From assembly GCA_963702215.1 (NCBI GenBank), contig OY969726.1, forward strand, positions 1,681,533 to 1,745,532: 64,000 nt of DNA. Reading direction: 5' to 3'. Positions 1 to 9,396 of this stretch are shown here, piece by piece. Every line of letters starts with the position of its first letter. The first letter of the stretch is position 1. Made by a program: the position numbers and the translations under genes. The notes under the pieces were generated by a model. That model made no database searches. It was given only the letters and a program-made list of their open reading frames with translations, and was not told the origin of the DNA. Source of the stretch: an uncultured Bacteroidota bacterium (GTDB lineage: Bacteria > Bacteroidota > Ignavibacteria > Palsa-1295).

Positions 1-334
1 GCATTACTATTCGATCCCGGCCGAGATCGAAATGATACTTGCAGACTTCCGATATAGACTGGAACATTCGCCGCCTACTGCCCGCAGTGAGTGGGACCGG
101 CTCGGCGCGGAATTCCATCACCGCATCGTAACGGTCCATTATTTCAACAACGGGAACGGACGCCATGCCCGCGAACTCACGGACTTACTCCTTATCCAAT
201 ACGGTCAGGAACCGTTCACATGGGGAAGCGAATCGCTCACAACGATGAATGAGACTCGTGCCCGATACATTGCGGCACTTCATGCGGCCGATCGGGGCGA
301 ATACCGGGCACTTACCGAGTTTGTGCGGAGCTGA
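1..334 (+). CDS. Fic/DOC family protein, C-terminal part (5' end cut by the window edge)
   Basis: The reading frame is open back to nt 2. The motif HYFNNGNGRHAR fits the Fic signature HxFx(D/E)GNGRxxR, and the frame stops at TGA at 332-334. Confidence 0.7.
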   Translation, partial: HYYSIPAEIEMILADFRYRLEHSPPTARSEWDRLGAEFHHRIVTVHYFNNGNGRHARELTDLLLIQYGQEPFTWGSESLTTMNETRARYIAALHAADRGEYRALTEFVRS

Positions 335-525
335 TTTTTCCTTCGGCATTTTAGGCGCGGGAACCGCGCCGCTACAAACCGCTGGGCACCTGTTTGCCCT
401 CGGAATCCTATTTTTCCATAATGTTCTTGTAACATTTTTGCCTTTTATGGGTTATATTGTCGGTACGCTTATAGGCACCTGCCTATAAAATTGACTTACA
501 CTAACCCTACAAGAGAGGCCAAACC

Positions 526-1293
526 ATGAAACAAGAAGGACAAGAAGCGCAGATCGGGAAGCTGGCGGAGCCATTACGGATCGCGGAGGTATTCCAAATA
601 GCGGAGGCGCGGGCGGCGCGGGAACCGGAGAAGCTGATTACGTTCGTGAACGGGATGCAATCGTTCCACGGGTATCGCGGAGAACTAACGATCGTCCTGT
701 GCCGGGAACTGAAACGGTCGGTGGAGATCGCGAGCGCCGTGGCGCTCAAGCTCGCCCTCAAGTTCCCGGAACGGAACGTGCTCCTCTTCAATACCTACGC
801 GAGCGCGGAGCTGCTGACGAGCGGGTTCGTTCAGGCGCTGCATTTGTTGGATATAAAAGTTCCGTATATCTTCCAGCGTTATCTTCCGAAAGCGTCCGCG
901 GCGGATTTTAGCGATACGGTCGATCTTCCCTCGCCCGAAAATCTTCGCGTGATCGACTGCCCGACTTCCACGCTCACGCCGGAGACGCTCGCGCGGGACA
1001 TCGAGCGCACCGGCGCGGAAATCGTCATCCTGAACTCGCTCGAATACGCGGGGTTCTCGGATCGCCGCCGGCGTGAAATCGCGCGCGGGTTACTGGATCT
1101 GCGGCACCGCACGGGCGTTTCGATCTTCATTTTCTCGCACGAGATGCGCCGGCTGCTACCTTATATGGGCGGCCGTGGGACGCTCGGGATGCTCAGCGCC
1201 TTCACAAAATCGGTCTGGCCAATCCTCAATGAATGGGAGCGGTCGGCGTGGGTTCAGCGGCTCTATTCGGAGCTCGATCAACTGGGGAATTGA
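526..1293 (+). CDS. hypothetical protein with a RecA-superfamily (DnaB/KaiC/RepA-like) C-terminal fold and a degenerate Walker A
   Basis: 255 aa ORF. The segment 'GAEIVILNSLEYAGFSD...RREIARGLLDLRHRTGVSIFIFSHEMRR' resembles DnaB/KaiC/AAA_25 C-terminal strands. 'VLCRELKRS' sits where the GxxxxGK[ST] P-loop would be. An SD-like AGAGAGG precedes the ATG. Confidence 0.35.
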   Translation: MKQEGQEAQIGKLAEPLRIAEVFQIAEARAAREPEKLITFVNGMQSFHGYRGELTIVLCRELKRSVEIASAVALKLALKFPERNVLLFNTYASAELLTSGFVQALHLLDIKVPYIFQRYLPKASAADFSDTVDLPSPENLRVIDCPTSTLTPETLARDIERTGAEIVILNSLEYAGFSDRRRREIARGLLDLRHRTGVSIFIFSHEMRRLLPYMGGRGTLGMLSAFTKSVWPILNEWERSAWVQRLYSELDQLGN

Positions 1294-1464
1294 GAGCGAT
1301 TTTAGAGCCGATTCATGAAGCAATTTCAAAAAGTGGCGATTTGAGACGATTCGGATAGTTTTCTATGAATTATGAACTCACACACACAACAAAAGTAGCT
1401 ACCTCGCTTTTCTTAAAGGCAGCATTGATTCATGGATGAGTTCCCAACACCGGCAACAAAAGTG

Positions 1465-2535
1465 CTATGCCGCCGCCAGCTTCTCCGCCCGGTCGGCAAC
1501 ACGCAGGGCTTCGATGACCCCATCCAAATCGCCTTCCATGATTTCGGCGAGATTATAGAGGGTGAGATTGATACGGTGATCCGTCATCCGGTTTTGCGGG
1601 AAGTTATAGGTGCGAATTTTCTCGGAGCGGTCGCCGGAACCAATCATGGAGCGGCGTTCGGCGGAATATTTTGCGTCCGCCTCGCTGCGGGCCTTCTCAT
1701 AAATGCGCGCCCGAAGCACCTTCATCGCTTTGTTGCGATTTTTGAGCTGCGACCGCTCTTCCTGGCAGCTTACGACAATGCCCGTCGGGATATGCGTGAG
1801 CCGCACCGCCGTTTCGACTTTATTGACATTCTGTCCGCCTTTGCCGCCGGAACGAAATATATCGACGCGAATATCGTTGGGATTGATATTGACATCGACA
1901 TCCTCCACTTCCGGGAGCACCGCGACGGAAGCGGCGCTGGTATGTACGCGGCCCTGCGTTTCCGTTTGCGGCACGCGCTGCACGCGGTGTACGCCGGATT
2001 CGAATTTCATCTTGGCGTACACATCCGTTCCGGAAAGCGAAAACGAGACTTCTTTGTAGCCGCCGATCGTCCCCTCGTTCACTTCGATTACTTCGAGCTT
2101 CCAGCCTTCGCGCTCGGCAAAGCGCGAATACATGCGGAAAAGATCGCCGGCGAAGATCGCGGCTTCATCGCCGCCCGTGCCGGCGCGAATTTCAATGATG
2201 CTATCGCGCGAGTCGTTCGGATCGGCAGGAATGAGCAGGATCTTTACTTCTTCTTCGGCCTTTACGAGTTCGGCTTCGAGAGAGTGCAATTCTTCTTCGG
2301 CCAACTCGCGCATTTCGGGATCGTGCGTTTCGCGGAGCACCTCGCGCGCGCCTTCGATGTTTCGGGTGAGCCGCTCATATCGATGGAATGCAACCTCGAT
2401 GGGTTCGAGCAACCGCCGCTCTTTCGAAAGCGCGCGCAGCTTCTCCAAATCGGAGGCCACGGCGGGATTTTCCAGCTCCCGCTCGATTCCTTCGAATTTC
2501 AGATGCACTTGCCGCAGTTTTTCGAGAAGTTCCAT
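1465..2535 (-). CDS. prfA: peptide chain release factor 1
   Basis: 356 aa with a GGQ motif (FRSGGKGGQNVNK) and an RF1-type tripeptide region (RVQRVPQTETQGRVHTS). The length matches RF1. Confidence 0.9.
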   Translation of the reverse strand: MELLEKLRQVHLKFEGIERELENPAVASDLEKLRALSKERRLLEPIEVAFHRYERLTRNIEGAREVLRETHDPEMRELAEEELHSLEAELVKAEEEVKILLIPADPNDSRDSIIEIRAGTGGDEAAIFAGDLFRMYSRFAEREGWKLEVIEVNEGTIGGYKEVSFSLSGTDVYAKMKFESGVHRVQRVPQTETQGRVHTSAASVAVLPEVEDVDVNINPNDIRVDIFRSGGKGGQNVNKVETAVRLTHIPTGIVVSCQEERSQLKNRNKAMKVLRARIYEKARSEADAKYSAERRSMIGSGDRSEKIRTYNFPQNRMTDHRINLTLYNLAEIMEGDLDGVIEALRVADRAEKLAAA

Positions 2536-2595
2536 TTCGGCGGGCTAAACGCGGAGAGCGGAAAGAATGTCCCACGATGCGACAAAGATTACCTC

Positions 2596-4296
2596 TCACG
2601 TTACGGCACTTCCCGATCTCTCGGACCGAGGCGCGGCGGCGCGGCGCTTTCGGATACGCAGCGCAAGCCAGTTCCCGATTCCCCAGAGGAGCGCGAGGAT
2701 GCCGTAGAACATGGCTGGAATCGCAATGTAATCGCCCAATCGAACGTACAATGTCTTTCGCTCGATGAGTGGGACCCGTTCCGTGATGGAACCCGAAACA
2801 AAGATTGGCAAAGACTTTATCGTTTGGCCTCGGTCGTCGAAGAAGGCGGAGATGCCGGTGTTTGCGCAGCGGACGATCCAGCGCCGGTCCTCGATGGCGC
2901 GCAGCGTGGCGAATTGTTCATGCTGATACGGCCCCGGTCTCTTGCCCCACCAGCCATCGTTCGTGATAATGGCAAGCATGTTCGCCCCGCGCTCGACGAA
3001 ATGGCGCACAAAGCTTGGATAGATGGATTCGTAGCAAATGGTCGGCGTTATGCGTAAGGTATCGCGTTCGGAGGGCAGCGGTAATGCGAGGGGCTCGTAG
3101 CCGCGCCCGAAGTTCCAGCTTCCGATTCCCACGTTCCATTCGAACCATTTATCGAGGAACGGGAAGTATTCGTTGAAGGGAATATGCTCGCCAAGTGGCA
3201 CAAGCTTTTGCTTGTGATAAACCTCGCGGTGCATCCGGCCATTCGAATCTTCGTGAATCAGCATGGCGGCGTTCCAACTTTTGGAATACACACCGTCCAC
3301 GCCAGCATAATGTGCATGGGGAGGAATGGTGTCCTCTCCGGCAACATACGTTTTCCGATCCGGGAACCCGGTGAGCAAGGGATGATCGATATGCCCCAGA
3401 AAATTGTACAATTCCCCGAGCTCGTAGGATTCCGCCGGGGACGTAATGTAAAATGTAATCGCTGTTTCCGGCCAGAGGACGAGATCGGTGGAATCGTGGC
3501 ACACGGCGAGTGCATTGCGGGTGGCATCGAAGTTGGTATCGAGCGTACGCCGGGCATCGTTATACCATTTCGCCCATGGATCGATGTTGGGCTGCACGAT
3601 CGTCACCCGAAGCGAGGCGCGCGAAGCTTCATGCTCGTGCATGGCGGGAATACCATATAACAGCGGCGCAGCCACCAAAATGATTAAAGTTACCAGATGG
3701 CCTTTGATTTCGTGCCGTCCGTTTTGCCCCTTCACCAACCGCGTAAGAATCTGAAAAACCTCGACATTCACCAGCACGATAAGGATCGAAAGCAAATACG
3801 GCCCGCTGAATTCGATAAACTGAACATACGGGAGATTGTACGTTTGCGTGTTGTAGAGATTAAGCCACGGATATGCGAGGTCGCCGAACGAATGCGCGTA
3901 TTCGAACCCCGCCTGAAAAATCGGGAGCGAATAGAGCGCAGCATTCCTTCCCACACGCCTGCGGACGACATCATAGAGCAGCCATGGCACGACCAAAAAA
4001 AATGGATGCACGACCGCCAGCAGCACCCCGCCTACCATCAGGAAGGGATCGACCTGGCCCGAAGCCTTCCATCCGCCTACCCAAAAATTCGCAACGATAC
4101 CGAGGACGAACATTGCGATCCAGCAAATCCAAAACGCCTGACGAAGCCGAGTGCCATCTTCGAGCGCGAAAAGCAACGGAACGAGCGCGACGAACGCGAA
4201 CAGACCGCCCGCGAGTCCGGTTGGCGGAAAAGCGAGCCCCAGCAATGCACCGGAAAGCGTGGCGAGTAAGTATCGGTTGCGGCGAGACAGCATCAA
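2596..4296 (-). CDS. lnt: apolipoprotein N-acyltransferase
   Basis: 566 aa with an N-terminal polytopic membrane region and a C-terminal CN-hydrolase domain (WPETA..., ...ICYES...). Confidence 0.85.
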   Translation of the reverse strand: MMLSRRNRYLLATLSGALLGLAFPPTGLAGGLFAFVALVPLLFALEDGTRLRQAFWICWIAMFVLGIVANFWVGGWKASGQVDPFLMVGGVLLAVVHPFFLVVPWLLYDVVRRRVGRNAALYSLPIFQAGFEYAHSFGDLAYPWLNLYNTQTYNLPYVQFIEFSGPYLLSILIVLVNVEVFQILTRLVKGQNGRHEIKGHLVTLIILVAAPLLYGIPAMHEHEASRASLRVTIVQPNIDPWAKWYNDARRTLDTNFDATRNALAVCHDSTDLVLWPETAITFYITSPAESYELGELYNFLGHIDHPLLTGFPDRKTYVAGEDTIPPHAHYAGVDGVYSKSWNAAMLIHEDSNGRMHREVYHKQKLVPLGEHIPFNEYFPFLDKWFEWNVGIGSWNFGRGYEPLALPLPSERDTLRITPTICYESIYPSFVRHFVERGANMLAIITNDGWWGKRPGPYQHEQFATLRAIEDRRWIVRCANTGISAFFDDRGQTIKSLPIFVSGSITERVPLIERKTLYVRLGDYIAIPAMFYGILALLWGIGNWLALRIRKRRAAAPRSERSGSAVT

Positions 4297-4311
4297 TGCA
4301 AAGGATACGGG

Positions 4312-5442
4312 CTATTGCTTTGCCAGTTCCGCCATCGCAAGCAGAAACGCGCCGGTTCCCCACCACCACTCGCCGGTCGAAAGCGATTTGTAATACTCCA
4401 CCGTGCCCGGCCATGTGCCTTCGGAGACGCCCGTTACGCTCCCCTCAGAATCCACCCTCGACGCCAATGCGCGCGCACCCAGCGTAACAAGGTTCATTGG
4501 CCCTCTGTGTTGAATCACTCCCAAATTCTGCGCCTTTTGAAACGCAAAAACGAACATCGCGGAAGCCGAAACCTCTTCATAACTGGAACTATCATCGAGA
4601 ATGGTACGCCATAGGCCCTGGGTGGTTTGCTCGCCGGCAATGGCTCCGGCCAGCCGCTCGAAAATGGCAAGCAAATTCTTGTAGAGGGAAGTCTTCCGAT
4701 CTAACAATGGCAGAATCTCGGCCAGGGTCATCATGACCCATCCATTGCCGCGTGCCCAGCTTCCCTCCGATCTTGCCCCTCCATGATTTTCTTCGCAATG
4801 AATAAAAAATGGCTTCTCGCCATCCTGCAATCGTTCCAAATGGAGAACGATTTGCTTCACCGCTTCATCTTCCCACGGGATGCCCAGGACAGGCCCGAGC
4901 TTCGAAAGCACCACGGCAGAATAATAGACCGTGTCAATATAAATATTTGGCAAATCGACATTGTGCAACAAGATCCCCTCACCATTGCGCAAAGCCTTAT
5001 CGCGAATAAAATCGTAAATCCCGCGCGCGGTGCCGAGAAGTTGCATTTGGAACTCCGGGAACTCGCGGATGACATCGGGATAGAGCAATCCGAAGCTCCA
5101 CGAGCCGCAAAAATAGTTCACGGGGACACCCTCCGCCAAATGAAAGGCCAGCCATCTTCGAAGATGGTCGCGCACCTTCGGATTATTGTCGATCTCCAAG
5201 CCGCGTAGCAAGCCGTATATCGCGAGCGATTGCCCCCAATCCGTCGATTGCGATTCCGGGCGATGACGTGCAACGAAGGACTCGCTCACTGTGCGAATTA
5301 GGGATAAAGGCTGAAGGGAAGAATTCCCTCCCTTTTGTATCCCGGTGCGCTTTGCCCTGTGCCCTTGACGCTTACTTCTTTCTGGCATTTGAGACAATTT
5401 GGCGCGCGCGATTTTCGATAACGGAGAAATCTCCGGCTTCAA
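4312..5442 (-). CDS. glycoside hydrolase family 105 (unsaturated rhamnogalacturonyl/glucuronyl hydrolase, YteR-like)
   Basis: 376 aa with GH105/GH88-type motifs (...WARGNGWVMM...; six-hairpin fold signature). The start is ambiguous: 5442 overlaps the eda stop by 70 nt, and the alternative start at 5388 still overlaps eda by 17 nt. Confidence 0.75.
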   Translation of the reverse strand: MKPEISPLSKIARAKLSQMPERSKRQGHRAKRTGIQKGGNSSLQPLSLIRTVSESFVARHRPESQSTDWGQSLAIYGLLRGLEIDNNPKVRDHLRRWLAFHLAEGVPVNYFCGSWSFGLLYPDVIREFPEFQMQLLGTARGIYDFIRDKALRNGEGILLHNVDLPNIYIDTVYYSAVVLSKLGPVLGIPWEDEAVKQIVLHLERLQDGEKPFFIHCEENHGGARSEGSWARGNGWVMMTLAEILPLLDRKTSLYKNLLAIFERLAGAIAGEQTTQGLWRTILDDSSSYEEVSASAMFVFAFQKAQNLGVIQHRGPMNLVTLGARALASRVDSEGSVTGVSEGTWPGTVEYYKSLSTGEWWWGTGAFLLAMAELAKQ

Positions 5443-6007
5443 TATCGCGATCGGTAATCAGCGGCGTTCCCACTCCGGTTGCGGAGGCGCCGGCCTCGAA
5501 CCACTCTCCGACGTTTTCGACGGTCACGCCGTTGGTTGGAACGAAACGAATATCCGGGAACGGGCCGCGCAGCGCGCGGATGTATTGCGGGCCGAGCCCG
5601 GCGAGCGGAAAGAGTTTCACGAAATCGGAACCGGCGGCGGATGCCTGCCATGCTTCGGTCGGAGTGAGCGCGCCGGCCATCGAAGCAACATCGGCGGCAT
5701 CGGCCACGGCGAGCATATCAAGATCGGTAACGGGGCTAACAAGAAACTTCGCGCCGCTTTCAACAGCTTTCGTTGCCGCTTCTACGCCGATTACGGTTCC
5801 GGCGCCGACGAGCACCGCGGGAAAATCCTTTGCGATGCGATGGATCGCTTCACTGGCGGCGCGCGAGTTCATCGTGATCTCGATCGTTTTGATCCCGCCG
5901 CGCAGCAACGCTTCAATCACCAGTTCGATCTTCTCGGTTCGTTTCAATCGCAGCACGGCGAAGACGCGCTCCTCCAGAATTCGCTGAATGGTAGTCTCTT
6001 TCTTCAT
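5372..6007 (-). CDS. eda: 2-dehydro-3-deoxyphosphogluconate / 4-hydroxy-2-oxoglutarate aldolase
   Basis: 211 aa KDPG-aldolase fold (..VLRLK.., GAGTV.., FVSP.., KLFPA..). Confidence 0.85.
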   Translation of the reverse strand: MKKETTIQRILEERVFAVLRLKRTEKIELVIEALLRGGIKTIEITMNSRAASEAIHRIAKDFPAVLVGAGTVIGVEAATKAVESGAKFLVSPVTDLDMLAVADAADVASMAGALTPTEAWQASAAGSDFVKLFPLAGLGPQYIRALRGPFPDIRFVPTNGVTVENVGEWFEAGASATGVGTPLITDRDIEAGDFSVIENRARQIVSNARKK

Positions 6008-6015
6008 AGAAGGGA

Positions 6016-6675
6016 TTAGAACGTTTCGAATTTCGAAAATAGCTCCCGGGCTTCACGCCCTGCAGCAAGGCCGGCCGCGGTTTTGTGTTCGCCTTCGATG
6101 GATTTCATCAGCTCCGCATAAATCATTTCAAAATGTACGCTCGGAATGACGATGACTCCATTCGCGTCTCCAAAAATAATATCGTTCGGCTTGATGGTTA
6201 CACCGCCGATTTGGAGGGTGGTATTATATTCCGCCATATATCCGCGTCGCCGGATATCCTTGATGCACCGGTACGCCCCGAAAACCGGGAACCCCAAATT
6301 CGCGATTTGCTCGAAATCTCGGATGCCGCCATTTACAAGTGCACCGACTGCGCCACGCGCCTTCGCCCGTGTGGACATGAGGCCGCCCCAGAGCGCTGCA
6401 TCGATATCGCGATCGGCAGCGACCGCAACAAATGCATTGGCTGAGATAGAATCCACCATTTCGAGGAGTCTGTCGATTTCGACGTACTCTGTCGTGGGCA
6501 CAACCCGGCATGGGAACGCCCGTCCCACCACTTTTAAGCTGGGATCGAAAGGAACGGATTGAATCTCTCGCGGCAAGACATGCGATGGAATTCCGAGGCG
6601 GTCCATCACATCCGAAACGAGCGGAGTAAAAAAATGCTCGAAGCTGCCGAGTTCGACTGGATTAGAAATAGGCAT
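6016..6675 (-). CDS. RraA-family protein (putative class II 4-hydroxy-2-oxoacid aldolase / RraA-like)
   Basis: RraA / dimethylmenaquinone-MTase-like fold (…GGLMSTRAKARGAVGALVNGGIRD…). The start was chosen at ATG 6675..6673, which gives a TGATG overlap with the kduI stop (translational coupling). The longer ORF to 6741 is less likely. Confidence 0.7.
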   Translation of the reverse strand: MPISNPVELGSFEHFFTPLVSDVMDRLGIPSHVLPREIQSVPFDPSLKVVGRAFPCRVVPTTEYVEIDRLLEMVDSISANAFVAVAADRDIDAALWGGLMSTRAKARGAVGALVNGGIRDFEQIANLGFPVFGAYRCIKDIRRRGYMAEYNTTLQIGGVTIKPNDIIFGDANGVIVIPSVHFEMIYAELMKSIEGEHKTAAGLAAGREARELFSKFETF

Positions 6676-7523
6676 CAGCGGAGACCAGTGGGCATCTGTT
6701 CGAAACCAGTCTGCACATTCACGCCTGCAAGCGTGCGCCACGTGTCATCTTCGAGCGAACAAAGCACCCAGCAGAAGTTAATCGGGTAGCCCGGCGCGGC
6801 GACGTTGGGGTGGTAACCTTTTACGATTGTAACGGCATCGTCCTCATACACGGGCTGGACAAATTCCGGGTGTTCCAAATCCGAATAAATAAATTGCGTT
6901 CCGAATCCTGGACGCGGCATATCGAAGAAAAGATAGAGTTCCTCCCGCGTTGCGGCATGTTCGTGCGGTGGCCAACTCGTCCAGTTGCCGGGCTTTGACA
7001 TCGTGGTGCCCATTAGAAGCCGCGAACCTTCCACATTCTCGGCGAGCACTTTGTAAATATCGCGGTAATATGGTTCGTGCCCGACGCGGAGCGTGAGCGC
7101 ATCATTGCTTTTCACCTCACTCTCGAAGTTCACATAATCGGTTGGATGGGACCGATCAGTTGGAGCGGAGGCTTCCACGAGGTCCAGAAAGTCCTCAGTT
7201 GCGATTCTAAACGCCTCGCCGCGCCGAACATAGACCCCATCGAACCTTTGAAGCTCGAATGTTTCCGTTCCCACCTGCACACGCCCGGTTCCGTGCAGGC
7301 AGAAGAGCATCGTCTCGCGGCCCGCGTTTTGGCCAGACGCATTGGGAACGGATTTATCGAGAATGATTCGCCCGGCACGGATCGCTTTGAATGCGGAGTT
7401 CTCCGGTGTAATAGAAATATTACGGCCCTTTTTGGCGGCCGTGTTGCGAAAAAGCCACCCCTGATTTTCCTGATTCATGTAATAACGATTGATTGGATTT
7501 CTAACATCTTTATTGGTAAACAA
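6675..7523 (-). CDS. kduI: 5-dehydro-4-deoxy-D-glucuronate isomerase
   Basis: 282 aa. The N-terminal 'DVR...' and the cupin motifs align with KduI (…WPPHEH…, …GYHPNVAAPGY…). Confidence 0.85.
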   Translation of the reverse strand: MFTNKDVRNPINRYYMNQENQGWLFRNTAAKKGRNISITPENSAFKAIRAGRIILDKSVPNASGQNAGRETMLFCLHGTGRVQVGTETFELQRFDGVYVRRGEAFRIATEDFLDLVEASAPTDRSHPTDYVNFESEVKSNDALTLRVGHEPYYRDIYKVLAENVEGSRLLMGTTMSKPGNWTSWPPHEHAATREELYLFFDMPRPGFGTQFIYSDLEHPEFVQPVYEDDAVTIVKGYHPNVAAPGYPINFCWVLCSLEDDTWRTLAGVNVQTGFEQMPTGLR

Positions 7524-7563
7524 TCATCCGAATCAAAGCAATCACATAAATCATAGTTCAGGA

Positions 7564-8346
7564 TTAATAGGCCAGCCACCCCCCATCGACTACGAGCACG
7601 TGCCCGCTCACGTAATCCGAAGCGGCGGAGGCAAGATACAGAATCGCTCCCTGTATATCTTCCGGCTCGCCCCAGCGCCCGGCGGGAATACGGGAAAGAA
7701 TTTGCTCTTTGCGCTTGGTGTCCGCACGAAGCGCGGCCGTCGCATTCGTTTCGATGTATCCGGGGGCAATGGCATTCACTTGCACTCCATATTTTGCCCA
7801 TTCGTTCGATAGCGCTTTCGTTAGCTGCGCGACGCCGCCTTTCGCCGCCGTATAAGCTGCAACATTCACCCCTCCCTGGAACGAAAGCAGAGAAGCCATA
7901 TTGATGATCTTTCCGCTGCCTTGCTCGATCATCACTTTGCCCACGGCTTGCGCCCAACTAAAAACGGCGTTCAAGTTCGTATCGATCACGTCATACCAAT
8001 CGTGTGCGGTGAAATCGGTGGCTGGTGCGCGGCGAATGATTCCGGCGTTATTCAGAAGAATGTCTATCGTTCGGAATCGCTGAAGCGTCGTGGAGATAAC
8101 CTCCATCATCTTCGCCGGGTCTTTGACATCGGCAACCGCAATGATGGACTGCTCACTCTGCTTTGTCCGATTAGCATCGATGGATTGCTTCACCTCGTTC
8201 AGCGCCGCCTCTTCGCGTCCGACGAGCACGACGTTTGCACCAGACGCGGCCAACGCGAGCGCGCCGGCGCGCCCGAGCCCGCGCGAACCGCCAGTGACGA
8301 TTGCGGTTTTGCCGTCTAAAGAAAATAGCGATTCGAGGAATGACAT
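7564..8346 (-). CDS. kduD: 2-dehydro-3-deoxy-D-gluconate 5-dehydrogenase (SDR)
   Basis: 260 aa SDR with TGGSRGLG, NNAG and YxxxK motifs. It sits in the kdu context. Confidence 0.85.
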   Translation of the reverse strand: MSFLESLFSLDGKTAIVTGGSRGLGRAGALALAASGANVVLVGREEAALNEVKQSIDANRTKQSEQSIIAVADVKDPAKMMEVISTTLQRFRTIDILLNNAGIIRRAPATDFTAHDWYDVIDTNLNAVFSWAQAVGKVMIEQGSGKIINMASLLSFQGGVNVAAYTAAKGGVAQLTKALSNEWAKYGVQVNAIAPGYIETNATAALRADTKRKEQILSRIPAGRWGEPEDIQGAILYLASAASDYVSGHVLVVDGGWLAY

Positions 8347-8690
8347 TACACAAAATTACGAAAAGGAAGAGTCAGCTCCTGACGTTTCGCTCGAATCAAC
8401 ATTCAGCCTCATACACGCTCTACGCATGCCGCTTGAAATATTGCACCTCCCGCTCGTGCTTTTTGGCGGCTCGCTCCGTTTTGAATGTTCCCAAATTTCG
8501 CCGCTTGCCTGTTTTCGGATTCCTTTTTCTGGAATAGAGGCGATATTCCCCGGATGCTAATTTGCGTATCGTAACAGGATTTCACACAATCTCAATGCCA
8601 CTTCACTGAATAATTAACACCGGTCGGTGTGGCTCCGAATAAGAATTTATTTTGTTCCAACTTCAACTTAGCACTTATCCATGAACGAAT

Positions 8691-8978
8691 ATGGGCGACC
8701 AGGAAGTATTTTCAGATCACAACAACGAGAATGATGAGGAGCACGCCAAGCGTGTCAGCGGGGCGTTTGGCTCGCTCGAAAAAAAACTTGGGGAGCGATT
8801 TACCGAAGAGGAGGAGCGCGTTCTCGACATTCGCGAGGCTGCCATTCATCGGGATAAAGCCGCCCTTGAACGGCATTTGAAAGCCACCAAGCTCGAATCG
8901 AGCTGGCTCTATGACGAATTGATGAAGCACCCCGAAGTCTCCGCGATCATCAGCGAGCTTTCGATTATGGGACTGTGA
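8691..8978 (+). CDS. small acidic hypothetical protein
   Basis: 95 aa ORF in an otherwise non-coding gap. There is no recognisable family, so it is an ORF-only call. Confidence 0.3.
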   Translation: MGDQEVFSDHNNENDEEHAKRVSGAFGSLEKKLGERFTEEEERVLDIREAAIHRDKAALERHLKATKLESSWLYDELMKHPEVSAIISELSIMGL

Positions 8979-8994
8979 GCATCGCGGAGCTACG

Positions 8995-9396
8995 CTACGC
9001 CCCGCCGGCCAGCGAAAAAATCAGAATGCCGAGCACGACGAGCGTGAGAACCACGTACATATAGTCCTTCTCAAAGAGGAACGCGAAGACGGAGACGGCA
9101 ACGCGCAGGATGGGCGTGAGAATAAGCAGAAGCATTCCGGTTTGGATGATGGCCTTTCCGTCGCCTGACACTGCTGCGCCGAGAATTCCCCAAACGGAAC
9201 GAAAGATGGCCGGTTCACTCACAAATTTTTGATATGAGGGATGCAGCAAATACGCCGAGGGCATATACACGCCAGCACCAAACACCACGACAACGATGGT
9301 CGCAATCACGCAGATGCGCAGCAGGTTGCCGATGAAAAGCTCGATCTTGTGGTACTCGCGAGTTTCGGTCGCGTCAAATGTTCCCGGTCGCGCCAT
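8995..9396 (-). CDS. DUF1634 family membrane protein
   Basis: 133 aa with 3-4 TM segments. It overlaps the TSUP gene stop by 23 nt; this pairing is typical of DUF1634. Confidence 0.6.
   Translation of the reverse strand: MARPGTFDATETREYHKIELFIGNLLRICVIATIVVVVFGAGVYMPSAYLLHPSYQKFVSEPAIFRSVWGILGAAVSGDGKAIIQTGMLLLILTPILRVAVSVFAFLFEKDYMYVVLTLVVLGILIFSLAGGA

Noticed and set aside
1432-3057. 541-aa ORF on the plus strand spanning prfA and the 3' part of lnt
   Set aside because: It is antisense to two strongly supported genes. The translation is Arg/Ala/Gly-rich low-complexity, typical of a high-GC antisense frame.
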